From Octopus sinensis (taxonomy: Eukaryota): a DNA stretch of 38,480 nt. A program made the translations under genes and the position numbers. Each line of letters starts with the position of its first letter. The first letter of the stretch is position 1. This document shows, one piece after another, positions 1 through 11,940 of the stretch. Under the pieces are notes generated by a model. The model was not told where the DNA came from and ran no database searches. It was given only the letters and a program-made list of their open reading frames with translations. The stretch covers positions 1 to 38,480 of the forward strand of contig NW_021835763.1 of NCBI RefSeq assembly GCF_006345805.1, read 5' to 3'.

Positions 1-667
1 TCTCAGAACTTTCCAGTCGAGAGATATCCACACCATTATCCTTCTCTTCTCCACTTTTGCCCGACCCCACCTTGAATACTGTTGTCCACTGTGGTCTCCC
101 CACACAATACAAGGTATCATAAAGTTGAAGCACCTCAAAGGGCAATCACAAAAAAGATAGATGGCATGACAGGCCTCGACTATTTGGGTCGACTAGAAAA
201 GCTAAAACTCTATTCTCTCCAACGTCGTCGTGAGCGCTACATCATCTTCATGATGTGGAAAATATTCCATCAGCATTGCCCAAATGATGTTGGCATCACC
301 TTTAAGGTACATCCAAGGCTTGGCCCCGTGCCATCCGCCCAAAACAAAAATCGCACTCTCATCTCAACAACAATACGGCACAATTATTTCACCTCAATTG
401 GCCCCGCTCTCTTAACTTACACCCAAAACACATTAAAACAGAAACTGACCCTATAGGGTTCAAGAAGTCTTTGGACATTCCTTCAAGAAATCCCGATAAC
501 CCCTACAAACACTCGATATGTCTCTGTAAACAATAACTCTCTTACTTGAGTGGGCCATAGTGCCCAAATTCTGACTTGAAAGACTTCACCAGGTGGTGCT
601 ATTAAGTTATAGACATGGCCTGGGCCAATAATGGCCGAAACCTATCAAAGTATCAAGTATCAAAGTA
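1..667 (+). mobile_element. 3' end of a CR1/L2-group LINE (ORF2 C-terminus plus 3' UTR); runs off the left edge of the window
   Basis: Across frames it reads LRTFQSRDIHTIILLFSTFARPHLEYCCPLWSP...QRAITKKIDGMTGLDYLGRLEKLKLYSLQRRRERY, a typical post-RT region of CR1/L2-group ORF2. It ends in GGTGGTGC...CATGGCC...GGCCGAAAC and short AAGTATC repeats. Confidence 0.88.
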
Positions 668-810
668 ATATATAGTATACATACATAATATATTATATAT
701 ATATTATATATATATATAATACATACAATATATATATTATATTACATACATACATATTATATATATAAATACATACATATATATATAATATATATACATA
801 CATATATATA
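668..810. repeat. (TA)/(TACA) degenerate microsatellite between two tail-to-tail LINE 3' ends
   Basis: Direct inspection. Confidence 0.9.
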
Positions 811-3800
811 AATCCTTAAATGCTTAAAATGTTTTAGCCCGAAGGCCGCGGCCATGCTGGGGCACCACCGCTGAATGAGCTACACTATTTGTGAATCCAC
901 CCTGATACGTGGCACTTGATCAACAAGGGAGCTCGATGCTGCTGCCCGCATCCGTGTCTCCTGTCGTGAGGTAGGTTCATCTGGGACTCCCAACAAGAAG
1001 AGATCCAGTTTAGTTTTAAAGAAACCCATCCACACCATGTAAGTCTCTCAGGCATTTAGGGAGGATGTTAAAGAGCTGTGGTCCTCTGAAACCCAAGCTG
1101 TTGCAGTATCTGGACCTGTATTTTGATGGTGATGTTGGAATCCTTGGCACCACGCAGCGGCGCCCCGTTCTGCGGTTGGAGTAACTTTGAATGCCAAAGT
1201 TTGGGACAAGACCCTCCAGGATTTTCCAGATGTATATCACTGTACTGCATATCTCTCCCGCCTCCGCTCCAGGGAGAAGAGGTTTAATACCTTCAGTCTT
1301 TCCCAGTAGCTGACATTTTGCATTGAGACGATTTTCTTTGTGTAGCTTCTCTGAGTTGCTTCGAGTTCTGCTGTTTGTTTTATATTGTGTGGTGACCAAA
1401 GTTGAGAGCAGTAGTCCAAGCGGCTGAGGACAAATGTTTTCCATAGGACCATCAGTGTCTCCTTCTCTCTTGTTCTGAAAGTTCGGAGAATCCATCCAGC
1501 TAGCCGTCTGCATTTTATCACCAGATTAGCAATATGCATTTGGAAAGATGCATCATTGCTCATGTCAATGCCCAGGTCACGCACTGATTTTGACTCAGGG
1601 ATTGCAATTCTTCCTGGCCAGTGTATCCAGTCTTCACGTCATTTACCTTTGTGTGCCAGTAGCGCAGGGCCTGGAACTTACCTGCATTAAACTGCATGTT
1701 GTTGTCCTCAGCCCACCTGTATATTGTGTCCAGCTCATGTTGCAGATGCGCAATATTTTCAGGGTTTTGTATTGCGTGGGAGACTTTTGTGTCATCTGCA
1801 TAGCTAGCAAGGGTGGTCATCGTAGCAACTGAAGGCATGTCTGAAAGGGCCACTATGAACATCAGTGGCCCCAAGACAGTGCCCTTTGGGACACCGCTTG
1901 TTATTTGCGTTTCCCTGGAGGTGGCTCCATTGCTCACAACTGCCTGTTTTCTGTCTTTTAGGAAGTTGTGCAGCCACTCTCCAAGTTTCTCGCCTATGCC
2001 GAGACCACGCAGTTTGTGACAGATCATACCATGGTCGACTTTATCAAAGGCTTTTGCAAAGTCAAGATATATTACATCCACATTTGAGCCATTTAGTAGC
2101 TGTTTCAACACCCAGTCATAGTGTTTGCAGGAGCTGTGTTAGGCAGCCTCTACCTGTCGAAATCCATGCTGGTGTCAGACAGTAAGTCATTTTCTTCAAG
2201 GAACATGATTAGTTTCTTACGGACTATTCGTTCCATGACTTTGCTGATGTGTGAGGTCAGAGAGATAGGCCTATAATTTTTAGCATCTGCTCTGCTACCT
2301 CCCTTATGGATAGGGCATATTACCCCCTCTTTCAGTTTGACTGGGAGCTTACCACTTGCAAGAAAGCTCTGAAAAAGAAGCTGTAGCGGTTTTGCAAGGG
2401 CTCGTTTGCAACGATTTGAGAAGGATCGCTGGGAATCCATCAGGTCCAGCAGCTGAGTTTGTGTCAATCTCATCAATGGCTAGTGTGATATCATCTTCTT
2501 CGATGTTGATGTACTCATTTTTGTCTCTTTGGCCGCTGGTAAAGTGGCAAAGAATTCTTCTGGGTTGTTTACTTGCCTGTGTCCTAGTGGTGTAGTGAAC
2601 ACACTTTGGAACTGTTCGTTCAGTATTTCACTTATCCTCGTGGGATTTCCTGTGAGAGAGCCATCTTTTTGGAAGAGAGGTCCTATTCTCTGGTGCACTG
2701 TGGCTGTCTCTTTGGCAAACTAAAGAAAGCTTTAGGGTTTGATTTTATATTTTCTATTACCCAAGCTTCTTTATCTGCTCTCTCCTTTTCATGGGACTGA
2801 TGTAGACTTTTCTCAGTTTCCATTAGCATTCTTTCGAGCCGAGACTTCTCACCACTTTGGTGTGCTTGCTCAGGCGGTTTGCAATCCTTGTCCGTTGTCT
2901 CATATAGAATCCTCCTTTCTCTAGGGATCCTGTTTTTGTTCTTGTGTGTGCTGGCCCTGCACATTGGGACATATTTGTCACATATGGCTTGTTTATGGAC
3001 ATGAAGTGTTTGTGTTTCATGTTTATGTCCGGTGTGGAGAGACATTCAGGCCAATCCTGTTTGAGGATCTCTTTCTCAATCGACTTCCAGTTGGCTTTAT
3101 GAAAGTTTAAAGTTGGAGAGATGGTGGGTGCTTCGTATAGGCTGTGTGTCTGCGGGGGCTTTTGTTCCATACATAGACAGCTCTATTATGTTGTGATCCG
3201 AGATCATTGTCGGCATCACATTAACATTTGGATAATATCCATATTGTTTGTAAAGCAGAGATCCAGTATATTTCTCTGCCCTTGTTGGTTGCAGAACTAT
3301 TTGCTCCATGAAAGAGGCATTTGTGAGATGGAGCATGGACTCCACCTGTGCTGCTGATGGTGTGTCCTCCCTGGGAGCATCTGCCCCCCAGGCCATTCCA
3401 CATTGGGGAGGTTAAAGTCACCCATGAAGAATACACTGTTGTGCTGTTCAAGGTTGGTGAGGACTTCTCCTATTTTGTTAGGCAGTCTTCAAACATGCCT
3501 GAGTGTTTTGGGCATCTGGTGGCGATATGTAGTGCATATGACGATATTCAGTTATCTTATGTGTACAATTTGAGTTTCACATACTGAGTTTGAATATGAC
3601 AGCAGGACCTGGGGCGTGAGGTCATCTCGGATGTACATTGCAACTCCACCATGGCTCCTCCCTTTTCTATCTGTGCGTATGACTGCATATTGCGGCATGT
3701 GTATTTCTGCATCACCTATATCGGGTTCAAGATGCGTTTCTGTGAGTGCCATGCATATAGCTTGATTGCATGTCACAAGGTCTCTCAGGAATTAAATTTT

Positions 3801-4100
3801 CTTTTTACAGTTTTCGCGCAGCAGCCCTCCTACATTCAGTAGAAATATTTTTGTGGTGTGTGTGTTGGTGTTGGTGTCTGTGGTGGCCATCCTGCATCTG
3901 TTGGAGGTGGCCTTATGTGGTGGTAGTTCCAGCTTTGTGCTTGTAGCCAGGTCAGCTGCTGAACAATTTTTTGTGCCATGCACAAAAAAGACTACTGTTC
4001 AGCTGCCGCCCTTCTCACATCTGGGTGAAGCTGGCCACCTGTTGGGTTTCCGCGCACCACATCTGCATACCGTCTTTCAGTAGTGGTCAGTGCGGTTTTT
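811..4100 (-). mobile_element. Degraded CR1/L2-group LINE (CR1-Zenon-like): ORF1 remnant, APE endonuclease, reverse transcriptase and 3' tail
   Basis: Frameshifted ORF pieces: APE (LTETHL, IRTDRKGRSHGGVA, YSSWVTLTSP region, ISDHNII, 3097-3776) and RT (NYRPISLTSHISKVMER, IYLDFAKAFDKVDH, GVPKGTVLGP, YADDTK, 1560-2476). C-terminus LDYCSQLWSP...LFSLERRRERY (1016-1584). 3' tail GGTGGTGCCCCAGCATGGCCGCGGCCTTCGGGCTAAAAC plus TTTAAG repeats at 811-869. Possible ORF1 end (VHGTK) near 3970-4080. The subclade name is tentative. Confidence 0.92.
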
Positions 4101-4199
4101 TCCCTTCTTTTAACTTTTTGTTTTTGTTTTTGTTATATATATATACATACATATATCGATATATATATATATGTATATATATGCCATGACTGACCGCTA

Positions 4200-4375
4200 G
4201 CCACTAAAGCTTTTTATATTATCTCTCGGTTTATTTTCTCGTGATCCCTTCTGTTAAAAAGCGTAGGCTCGAAACGTAAAAGATTTTCTCACACCTTCCA
4301 GAGCGTTAAACTAATACAATTGTTTGTTGTTTACACATCTGTTTTCTTCTTTTGTTGTTTTCTAAATTCCAACTA
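4200..4375 (+). mobile_element. Short Penelope-pLTR-like repeat, family 1 (degenerate hammerhead-like core)
   Basis: CTGTTAAAAAGCGTAGGCTCGAAACGTAAAAG followed by GAGCGTTAAACTAATAC, matching the copies at 9420, 22066 and 23400. Flanked by TA-rich tracts. Confidence 0.65.
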
Positions 4376-4489
4376 TATACATATATTCATATATATATAC
4401 AAACACTCAGGTGCTCTCTCTCACTTTCTCCCAGTTCCTCACCCTCTTGTACTATCTTATTTGTCTCTCCCCCTACACACTCAATAATA

Positions 4490-4650
4490 CTATAAAAAAA
4501 GACAAAATCTCCTAAAAATTCAATTTGAAGACTCCACTAGAGTGGTCGCAAGCTCTAATAGATGATTTATTAAAACATGTGGCATATTAATAAATATCTG
4601 TAAATATAAAACCATCCGAATTTCTGAGTACCTTATTTCTTCAAGTATAT
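4490..4650 (+). repeat. Possible degenerate pLTR-like repeat with eroded hammerhead-like motif
   Basis: TTGAAGACTCCACTAGAGTGGTCGCAAG resembles a TGAAGA-hairpin-GAAA layout (CCAC/GTGG stem) but has GCAA in place of GAAA. Confidence 0.3.
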
Positions 4651-5735
4651 ATAGAGAGATAGATAGATAAATAGAGAGATATGCATATATTCATATACAT
4701 ACATATACATGCATATATATAGGTATATTTACAGGTATCTGGATAAAGTGATTGGTAGTCAAACGGCCAAGGAGGCAGTTATATGCATATGTAGATGCAT
4801 ATATATATATACACATGTGTCCCCACAGACATACCCATATATATGTTTGTGTGTATATGTGCATATACTTGCGTAAGTTGTGTGCGTGTGTCTGTATATG
4901 TGTTTGCATGTGATAGCGAATGCGTAAATATATATACATTGCGTCTGGTTATATGTTCCAGCATATGACTTCATTACAGGCATCGGCTTATGGGAGTTTA
5001 ACTTGAATAACAGCAGCGACCGTTTGATCAGAAAACACTGGCGAAACATACTACAATGGGACGTAAAATGTAGAAAAATATATAACAGTTATATCGTAAG
5101 TCTTAATCTCCAGATTGAAGCTGCATACATCTCACCAATCAGGCACAAATCTCGAAGGCTGATTGGCTCTGTATAATACGAAACATGTACGCATTTATAT
5201 ATCAATAATATTAGTACACCATGTGTCACACGTAAGAGAAAGAAATTTTTGAAAGAAATTTTGCTGTTTAAATAAAATTGTTTTAGCTAGATCTCTTGTA
5301 ATTTCTATATATTGTATTACTATTAATCAACACCCATGCCTACCAGGCCAGCAAATCACAGACGATCTTAAGGAGAAAATTAAGATACTTAAATTTCACG
5401 CGTGTGTCGAGCAAGGGAGAGAGGAAGTGGGAAAGAAAAGGAAAGTGTAAGAGAGAGTGGCTGAATTCCTTTCTACGACTGAACTGAAATTGACCCCCTG
5501 GCTATTTTAGGCCCAGCTACACACACACACACACACACACACATCCACACGCACACACGCACACACACGCACACACACAGTTGTTTTAGGTCTTCTACCC
5601 ATTTGAATTCGGCCATACACCAGATAACATGCTATGTTTTATGTTCCAAGATTTAAATTTTGAATTTGTTTAAATTATAAAATTATACCTCAGCTAAAAA
5701 ACATCTTTTGGCTTTCGAATACAACATTTTTTTTC

Positions 5736-6252
5736 TCTTTCTATATTTTTTGTTAAGTTACAATTCCTCTGATTTGGTCAGAATTGTTCCAATTATGGTT
5801 TACCTGTATCAAGTAACGGACGAAAGCATTAAAAATAAGTCAAATACATAGAGTCGAACAAAGTCAAAAATACTAATTCTATTTTTCTCCGTTAAATAAT
5901 ACTAACAAGAACGTAGTATGACAGAGATTTGGCTGTTATTTGTAGCTAATTGAACAACCACACTAGGTTATTCAATTGGATCATATCTTGATGTGTATAA
6001 GTATACAAAATCTAAAAGACTCACAGACACGCACACACACATATGAATGTATGTGTGTGTCTGTGCGATAATAAATGTCACGTGGTGGGAATATATGCAG
6101 ATTTCCTTTCTATATTTTTTAAGTTACAATTTCTGTTTTGGTCAGGATTTTTGCAGTTTCTTTTTTCCTGTATCGATCAATTAAGGAAAGCATTTACCAA
6201 AATTAAATACATAGAGCCGAACAAATTCAAAAATATTAATTCTATTTTCCCA
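5736..6252. repeat. Diverged ~150-bp direct repeat pair (5736-5890 and 6103-6252)
   Basis: Shared CTTTCTATATTTTTT..AAGTTACAATT..TTTGGTCAG and AAATACATAGAG.CGAACAAA.TCAAAAATA.TAATTCTATTTT. Confidence 0.75.
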
Positions 6253-6804
6253 TTTACTTTTTACTTTCCTACATTATAATTAATTACCGTGTCCTATATA
6301 CTGTGCCCTTGCATATTAGGTGAGTATTTCAGAAATATTTTCACCTTTTAAATAAAAACTATTTAATACATTTGTATATGTTTTTCAATTGAAACACTGT
6401 GAATCGATTTGGAGATTTATAGTTTTCATAAAAAGTTTTAAAATATGGAAAATAGCTTGAGGAACAAAGCACAAGAACGGTTACGTGAGGAACAGATGGA
6501 GGAAATAAGGAATAAAAATCGCAGAAAGGATGAAACAAAGATGAATCGAAATAAGCCAAGAGGAGAGGGGCGAATCCTACAGCATTGGAGGGAAAGAAAT
6601 CAGCAAAAGAGAGAACAAATGAGCTAGCACCAAAGAGAAGTGTATTTTCAAAATAAGAGAGAGAGATCAACAGAATCGAGAACACAGGAGTCAAGAGCAA
6701 AGGCAGCTGTACTTAGACCATATGAGAAATTAGAGCTGGATCTCTCTCGGCATACCAGTAAACCACAAAATCACACCAGCCAGCATTACCACCAGTCCAA
6801 GCCG

Positions 6805-7048
<244 letters not shown>

Positions 7049-7121
7049 CCGGAGTAACACATAACACAGAAAAAACAAGGTGGAAAAAAGAGTACTCAAA
7101 TACCAGCGGTAGAGTAATATG

Positions 7122-7247
7122 CTTTATTTAATGCACCAGAAAATTCAACAAAGCCTGTTACTCTGAGTTTCGCGTTGCCGTTCATCGGAGGCAACGCAAA
7201 ACTCAGAGTAACAGGTTTTGTTGAATTTTCTGCTGCATTAAATAAAG
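7122..7247. repeat. Fold-back inverted repeat (58-bp arms, 10-nt loop) built from hammerhead-like family 2
   Basis: Arms 7122-7179 and 7190-7247 differ at 3 positions. The minus strand reads CCGATGA-ACG-GCAA-CGC-GAAA-CTCAGAG-TA, the same family as 8571-8650. Confidence 0.9.
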
Positions 7248-7262
7248 TATATATATATATAT

Positions 7263-7299
<37 letters not shown>

Positions 7300-7460
7300 C
7301 ATACATACATATATATATTTATATATATATATGTATGTATGTATGTATATAGAAATTTATATAAATAGAGATTATATAGATATTTACATACCGATCTTAT
7401 CGAGTGGCCAGCATAGGAATAAAATGCTTCAAAGGTAATAAGTAACATTAAAATTATACT

Positions 7461-7575
7461 TTAGGGTATCTAAGAGATACTACCACGCAGGAAATAGCAG
7501 CCAAAACTCGACTCCAGAGTCAGGTTTCGGCTGCTATTTCCAGCGGGGTGGTATCTCTTAGATTAGATACCCTAA
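7461..7575. repeat. Fold-back inverted repeat (~50-bp imperfect arms)
   Basis: TTAGGGTATCTAAGAGATACTACCACGCAGGAAATAGCAGCCAAAACT pairs with AGGTTTCGGCTGCTATTTCCAGCGGGGTGGTATCTCTTAG..ATACCCTAA. Inner GACT-CCAG-AGTC hairpin. Confidence 0.85.
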
Positions 7576-7581
7576 TTCATA

Positions 7582-7621
<40 letters not shown>

Positions 7622-7944
7622 GGTTATGTCAGGTATTGGTATCAGGTAATTCTGTCTAAGTGGTATGGACAGCCTATAGTTTAGTTCCAGGTTCGGTAAA
7701 GACACGAATGAGGAGTCCAACGTAGGTCGTGTAGTAGCATCTATATATATATAAAAGAATTAACGGAATGAGATAAAATATATAAAGAAAAGATATTATA
7801 GCTGCTTCGCGGAAACACCTGTAAGACCTCTTTATAAATGTTCTGAAGACTATTCACAGCCTTTGACTTTTTATCTCATTTATATAGATAATCACTTGGG
7901 GGACACACACAGACACACAGACAACCCCGCCCACACACACACAC

Positions 7945-7990
<46 letters not shown>

Positions 7991-8461
7991 AGAGAGAGAG
8001 AGAGAGTGAGAGAATTTCATTTCTTTGCTCGCATGTATAACAGGCAATACTCCGAGCCTGCTATTCAACAAATTGTCATACTGTTTCCAAACCTCATATC
8101 ATGGTAGACAATTTAATACTTCCAATTATAACTTCGCACAAAAACAACTCTTAGACAAGTCATGTTTTCAAAAAAGACTGTAAAAACCGATACTACTTGT
8201 GCGACGGCAAATTTTCTTTACAATTGTCTTCACAATTTTTTTTTTACACTTAGCGCTTTTTTCTTAAACAAATAATACACAGACACAGACGTTTACATAC
8301 GCACGCTTTCCCATATTCACACTTCCACACACAGAAACCGCACACGCACACATACAGACACACACACACTTACACAACTGTATATGCATACCTACGGATG
8401 TGTGTATGTGTGTATATATATGTATGTATAATGTATGTATATGTATGTATAAAGTATAATG

Positions 8462-8528
<67 letters not shown>

Positions 8529-8570
8529 TATATATATATAATATATATATATAATATACTATATATATAC

Positions 8571-8650
8571 TTTATTTAAAAGCAGCAGAAATATAACAAA
8601 AGCTGTTACTCAGAGTTTCACGTTCCCGTTCGTTGGACAGTTTTGTTAAA
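8571..8650 (-). ncRNA. Minimal type I hammerhead-like fold (family 2) in a pLTR-like repeat adjoining (TA)n
   Basis: Minus strand: stem I AACAAAACTGT/ACAGCTTTTGTT, core CCAACGA, stem II ACG-GGAA-CGT, GAAA, near-palindromic stem III ACTC-T-GAGT, GUA triplet. The core departs from CUGANGA at two positions in this copy. Confidence 0.65.
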
Positions 8651-9419
8651 ATGGAACAGAAAAAGCGATATGATCAAAGCTAGTTAAAGGATACACCTTT
8701 AAAAATGGATTTGTTTCATTCGTCCTTTCAATTAACGGTCGTAAGCATGCAATGAACAAAATAAATGAATTCAATATAAATTCCTCCTATTGCAAAATCG
8801 AAGAATACTTTAACTCGAAGAGTTGATTCAAAATACGCATGATTTAATAGCCAGATTTAAATACTTTTACTTTCTAATTTCTTCGAAAATTTGCTGCATT
8901 CTATTTAATCTATTGTCAATGTTGCTAACAATTGTTTCGAACGTTATATTATTACAACTACATGCCTTCTTCGGTTGAAGTGGCTACATGAGATGACGCA
9001 AAGTCTAATGTATTTTTTTGAAGAAGCAATATTGGCACATACTGGATATATTTGTCATTACCCTTACTTGGTCTGCCATAATATATATTATATATTTACA
9101 CCGTGCAACACGAACTTTGTTGCGATGAGCTCCACAAAATGTAAGTGGAGAAATTCTATCACAGTTTTATATTTTCAACCCATATCTTGCACCCGTAGTA
9201 CAGGATCTAGAACATAAAGTCTCTTATGACGTTGCTTAGACAATAGTCAGTGCACACTTTGATGGCCAGTTTGTATGTGGTATGAGACTGCAAAATTTCA
9301 GAGGTTCGTTACAATTATCTAAATTTTGTAAGCTGCTTTCTCTCCTTCTTTGCCTCTCATTCTCATAAATATAAATATATATAAATTTTTCTATTTTCTA
9401 TTTTTTATATTTTCTCTCC

Positions 9420-9560
9420 TTGTTTCTTTCTGTGTTCCTTTCTGTCGAAGAGCGTAGGCTCGAAACGTAAAAGACTTTCTCACTTCCTGAGAGTTAAACT
9501 AATACATCTGTTTGTTGCTTACACACTCGTCTTGGTTTTTAATTTTTTGTGAATATTCTC
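9420..9560 (+). mobile_element. Short Penelope-pLTR-like repeat, family 1
   Basis: CTTT-CTGTCGAAGA-GCGTAGGCTC-GAAA-CG-TA-AAAG followed by GAGTTAAACTAATAC and then (TA)n. Confidence 0.7.
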
Positions 9561-9578
9561 ACTATATATATATATATA

Positions 9579-9627
<49 letters not shown>

Positions 9628-9709
9628 ATACATCTCTTAATATGGCTAACCACATCGGGCTTAATATGGCTACCACATCGAGCTATACTGTTTACATCTC
9701 ATCTGATTT

Positions 9710-9748
<39 letters not shown>

Positions 9749-9994
9749 TATGTACGTATCTATGTGTGTTATGCGTGTATCTATGTACGTAAGCAAGCAT
9801 TTGTGAGAGTATACGTTCTGCAAATACCCCCAGTATGCCTGTGCATTATTCTACCCGCTTAATTGTGCGCAAGGGGCAGGCATAGGTTTGATACTGTCCA
9901 TGAGTTGTAACTTCACGCATTGAATCATGAATTAAATACTAAGCCATTAATGCAATCGTCATTATTTGCTGTCAACTTGAGCCTGTTATTTTTG

Positions 9995-10196
9995 TTGCTG
10001 CTTCGCTTCTTCTTCTTCTTCTTCTTCTTCTCTTCTTCTTCTTCTTCTTCTTTATTCTTCTTAGTAGTAGTAGTAGTAGTGTAGTAGTAGTAGTAGTAGC
10101 AATAGTAGCAGCAACAATGGCAGTAGTAGCATTAGCAGCAGCGGCGGCGGCAGCAGCAGCAGTAGCAGCAGCAATATTAGTAGCAGTGGTAAGTAG

Positions 10197-10278
<82 letters not shown>

Positions 10279-10280
10279 TA
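9995..10280. repeat. Compound trinucleotide microsatellite (CTT)(TAG)(GCA/GCG)(ATT)(GTA)
   Basis: Direct inspection. Confidence 0.95.
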
Positions 10281-10564
10281 TTAATCCAATTGCATTAAAT
10301 CAGCAAATTAGTCTCATCATTATATAAGCTATCCAATAATGTGCCTTCTCTTTAATTATGACATTCGATGAATGATCTCTAATCCTACGTTTCCACGATT
10401 ATAAATCCATTACGTTGATCGATCTTTCCATTACTAATATTACTTGATTACGTCATACACCCATAGCTATCATTAACTAATTCTTCGATACTTATCTAAC
10501 TATCAAATGGCCCTTAACGAAACTATTAGTCAGATGTTTAACACTTCAAGATAAAATAAAGTAC

Positions 10565-10825
10565 TATTCCGAACACATTCTTTCCACCGTAATTAACCAA
10601 TCGGAAGTCGTATGTAGAGAGATCCTTCCTGACTCGCATAGACTCGAACGGCCGGTTTCCCCGTTTTCCTGCCGCATCCCCGTTGTAAGATAACTCATTT
10701 TTGAAGCTGAGTGGACTGGAGCCACGTGAGATAAAGTGCTTTTACTCAAGAATACTTGTCTCCTGCTCGAGGAATCGAAACCAGAAAATAACGATCGTGA
10801 GTCAAAAGACCCTACATCACACGTG
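10565..10825 (-). mobile_element. Degenerate tRNA-derived SINE (family C variant), first of a tandem pair
   Basis: Minus strand shows a B-box-like GGTTTCGATTCC, then CTTGAGTAAAGCACTTTATCTCACGTGGCTCCAGTCCACTCAGC, as in the copy at 26972-27290. Confidence 0.7.
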
Positions 10826-10849
10826 ACCGGTTATAGTGCTGATGGTTAG

Positions 10850-11118
10850 TGTTGGATTTCCACCATAATTAATCAATCGAAAGCCGTATTTAGATAGATC
10901 CTTCAAGGCTCATATAGACGAAACAGGGCCGGTTACCCTGATGCATATAGTCCCCACTAGACAGGATATCGGTCCGTTGGAAGGTAACTCATTTTTGAGG
11001 CTGAGTGGTCTGGAGCCACGTGAAATAAAGTGCTTTATTAAAAAAACAAGTCGCCCGGTCGAGGAATCGAAACCACAATCTTACGATCGTGAGTCAAGAG
11101 CCACTGAGCCACACGTCA
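10850..11118 (-). mobile_element. Degenerate tRNA-derived SINE (family C variant), second of the tandem pair
   Basis: Same head and body as 10565-10825 (GGTTTCGATTCC, GCACTTTATTTCACGTGGCTCCAG). Confidence 0.7.
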
Positions 11119-11166
11119 CCGAATATAGTGCTGTTGGATCGTATTGGATGTCTTATACATTAAATA

Positions 11167-11567
11167 CTTATTTCTTTGCCATCCATAAGGGGCTAAATAC
11201 AGAGAGGACAAACAAGGACAGAGAAATGGATTAAGTCGATTACATCGACCCCAGTGCGTAACTGGTACTTATTTAATCGTCCCCGAAAGGATGAAAAGCA
11301 AAGTCGACCTCGGCGGAATTTGAACTCAGAATGTAGCGGCAGGCGAAATATCTATTTCTTTACTCCCCACAAGGGGCGATACAGAGAGAGGACAAACAAG
11401 GACAGATAAACGGATTAAGTCGATTATATCGACCCCAGTTCCGTAACTGGTACTTATTTAATCGACACCGAAAGGATGAAAGGCAAAGTTGACCTCGGCG
11501 GAATTTGAACTCAGAACGTAGTGGCGGACTTTCGCTAAGCATTTCCCCCGGCGTGCTAACGATTCTA
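11167..11567 (-). mobile_element. Two tandem tRNA-derived SINEs, family B (11167-11350 is 5'-truncated; 11352-11567)
   Basis: Both carry the reverse complement of GTTCTGAGTTCAAATTCCGCCGAGGTCGACTTTGCCTTTCATCC..TAAGTACCAGTTACG.ACTGGGGTCGAT and an AAAGAAATA tail. Confidence 0.88.
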
Positions 11568-11699
11568 CTAGATCTAAACACTAATTGATTTGACATCACA
11601 AGTGAGTCTACTGCACATGTACGAATGTATTTCCCCAAAACGGTGACGGAATAACACTTTCAGCGAATTGAAACAGGAAGTCATGCTGGATTAAATAAT

Positions 11700-11872
11700 T
11701 CGGAGTATTTCGCCCGTCGCTACGTTCTGAGTTCAGAATCCGCCGAGCTCGACTTTGCCTTTCATCCTTTAGGCGTCAATAAATTAAGTAGCAGTTGCGT
11801 ACTGGGGTCGATCCAATCAACAGGCTGCTCTTCCTCCAAAATGTCAGGCCTAGTGCCTACAGTAGAAAGATT
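11700..11872 (+). mobile_element. tRNA-derived SINE family B with a different 3' tail
   Basis: GTTCTGAGTTCAGAATCCGCCGAGCTCGACTTTGCCTTTCATCC...ACTGGGGTCGAT, then CAGGCCTAGTGCCTACAGTAGAAAG. Confidence 0.8.
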
Positions 11873-11940
11873 GAAATGGGAAGTCTATTAAGGAAATATA
11901 AAATATAAACAATGTTTAGAGCATAATAGGAAATGGGATG

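Noticed and set aside
7700-7735. TGAGGAGTCCAACGTAGGTCG resembling a Schistosoma-type hammerhead stem II
   Set aside because: The core and GAAA are both broken and it is a single copy here, so it is too degenerate to call.
9972-10199. Poly-A/T/L/K/R ORF
   Set aside because: A product of adjacent trinucleotide repeats.
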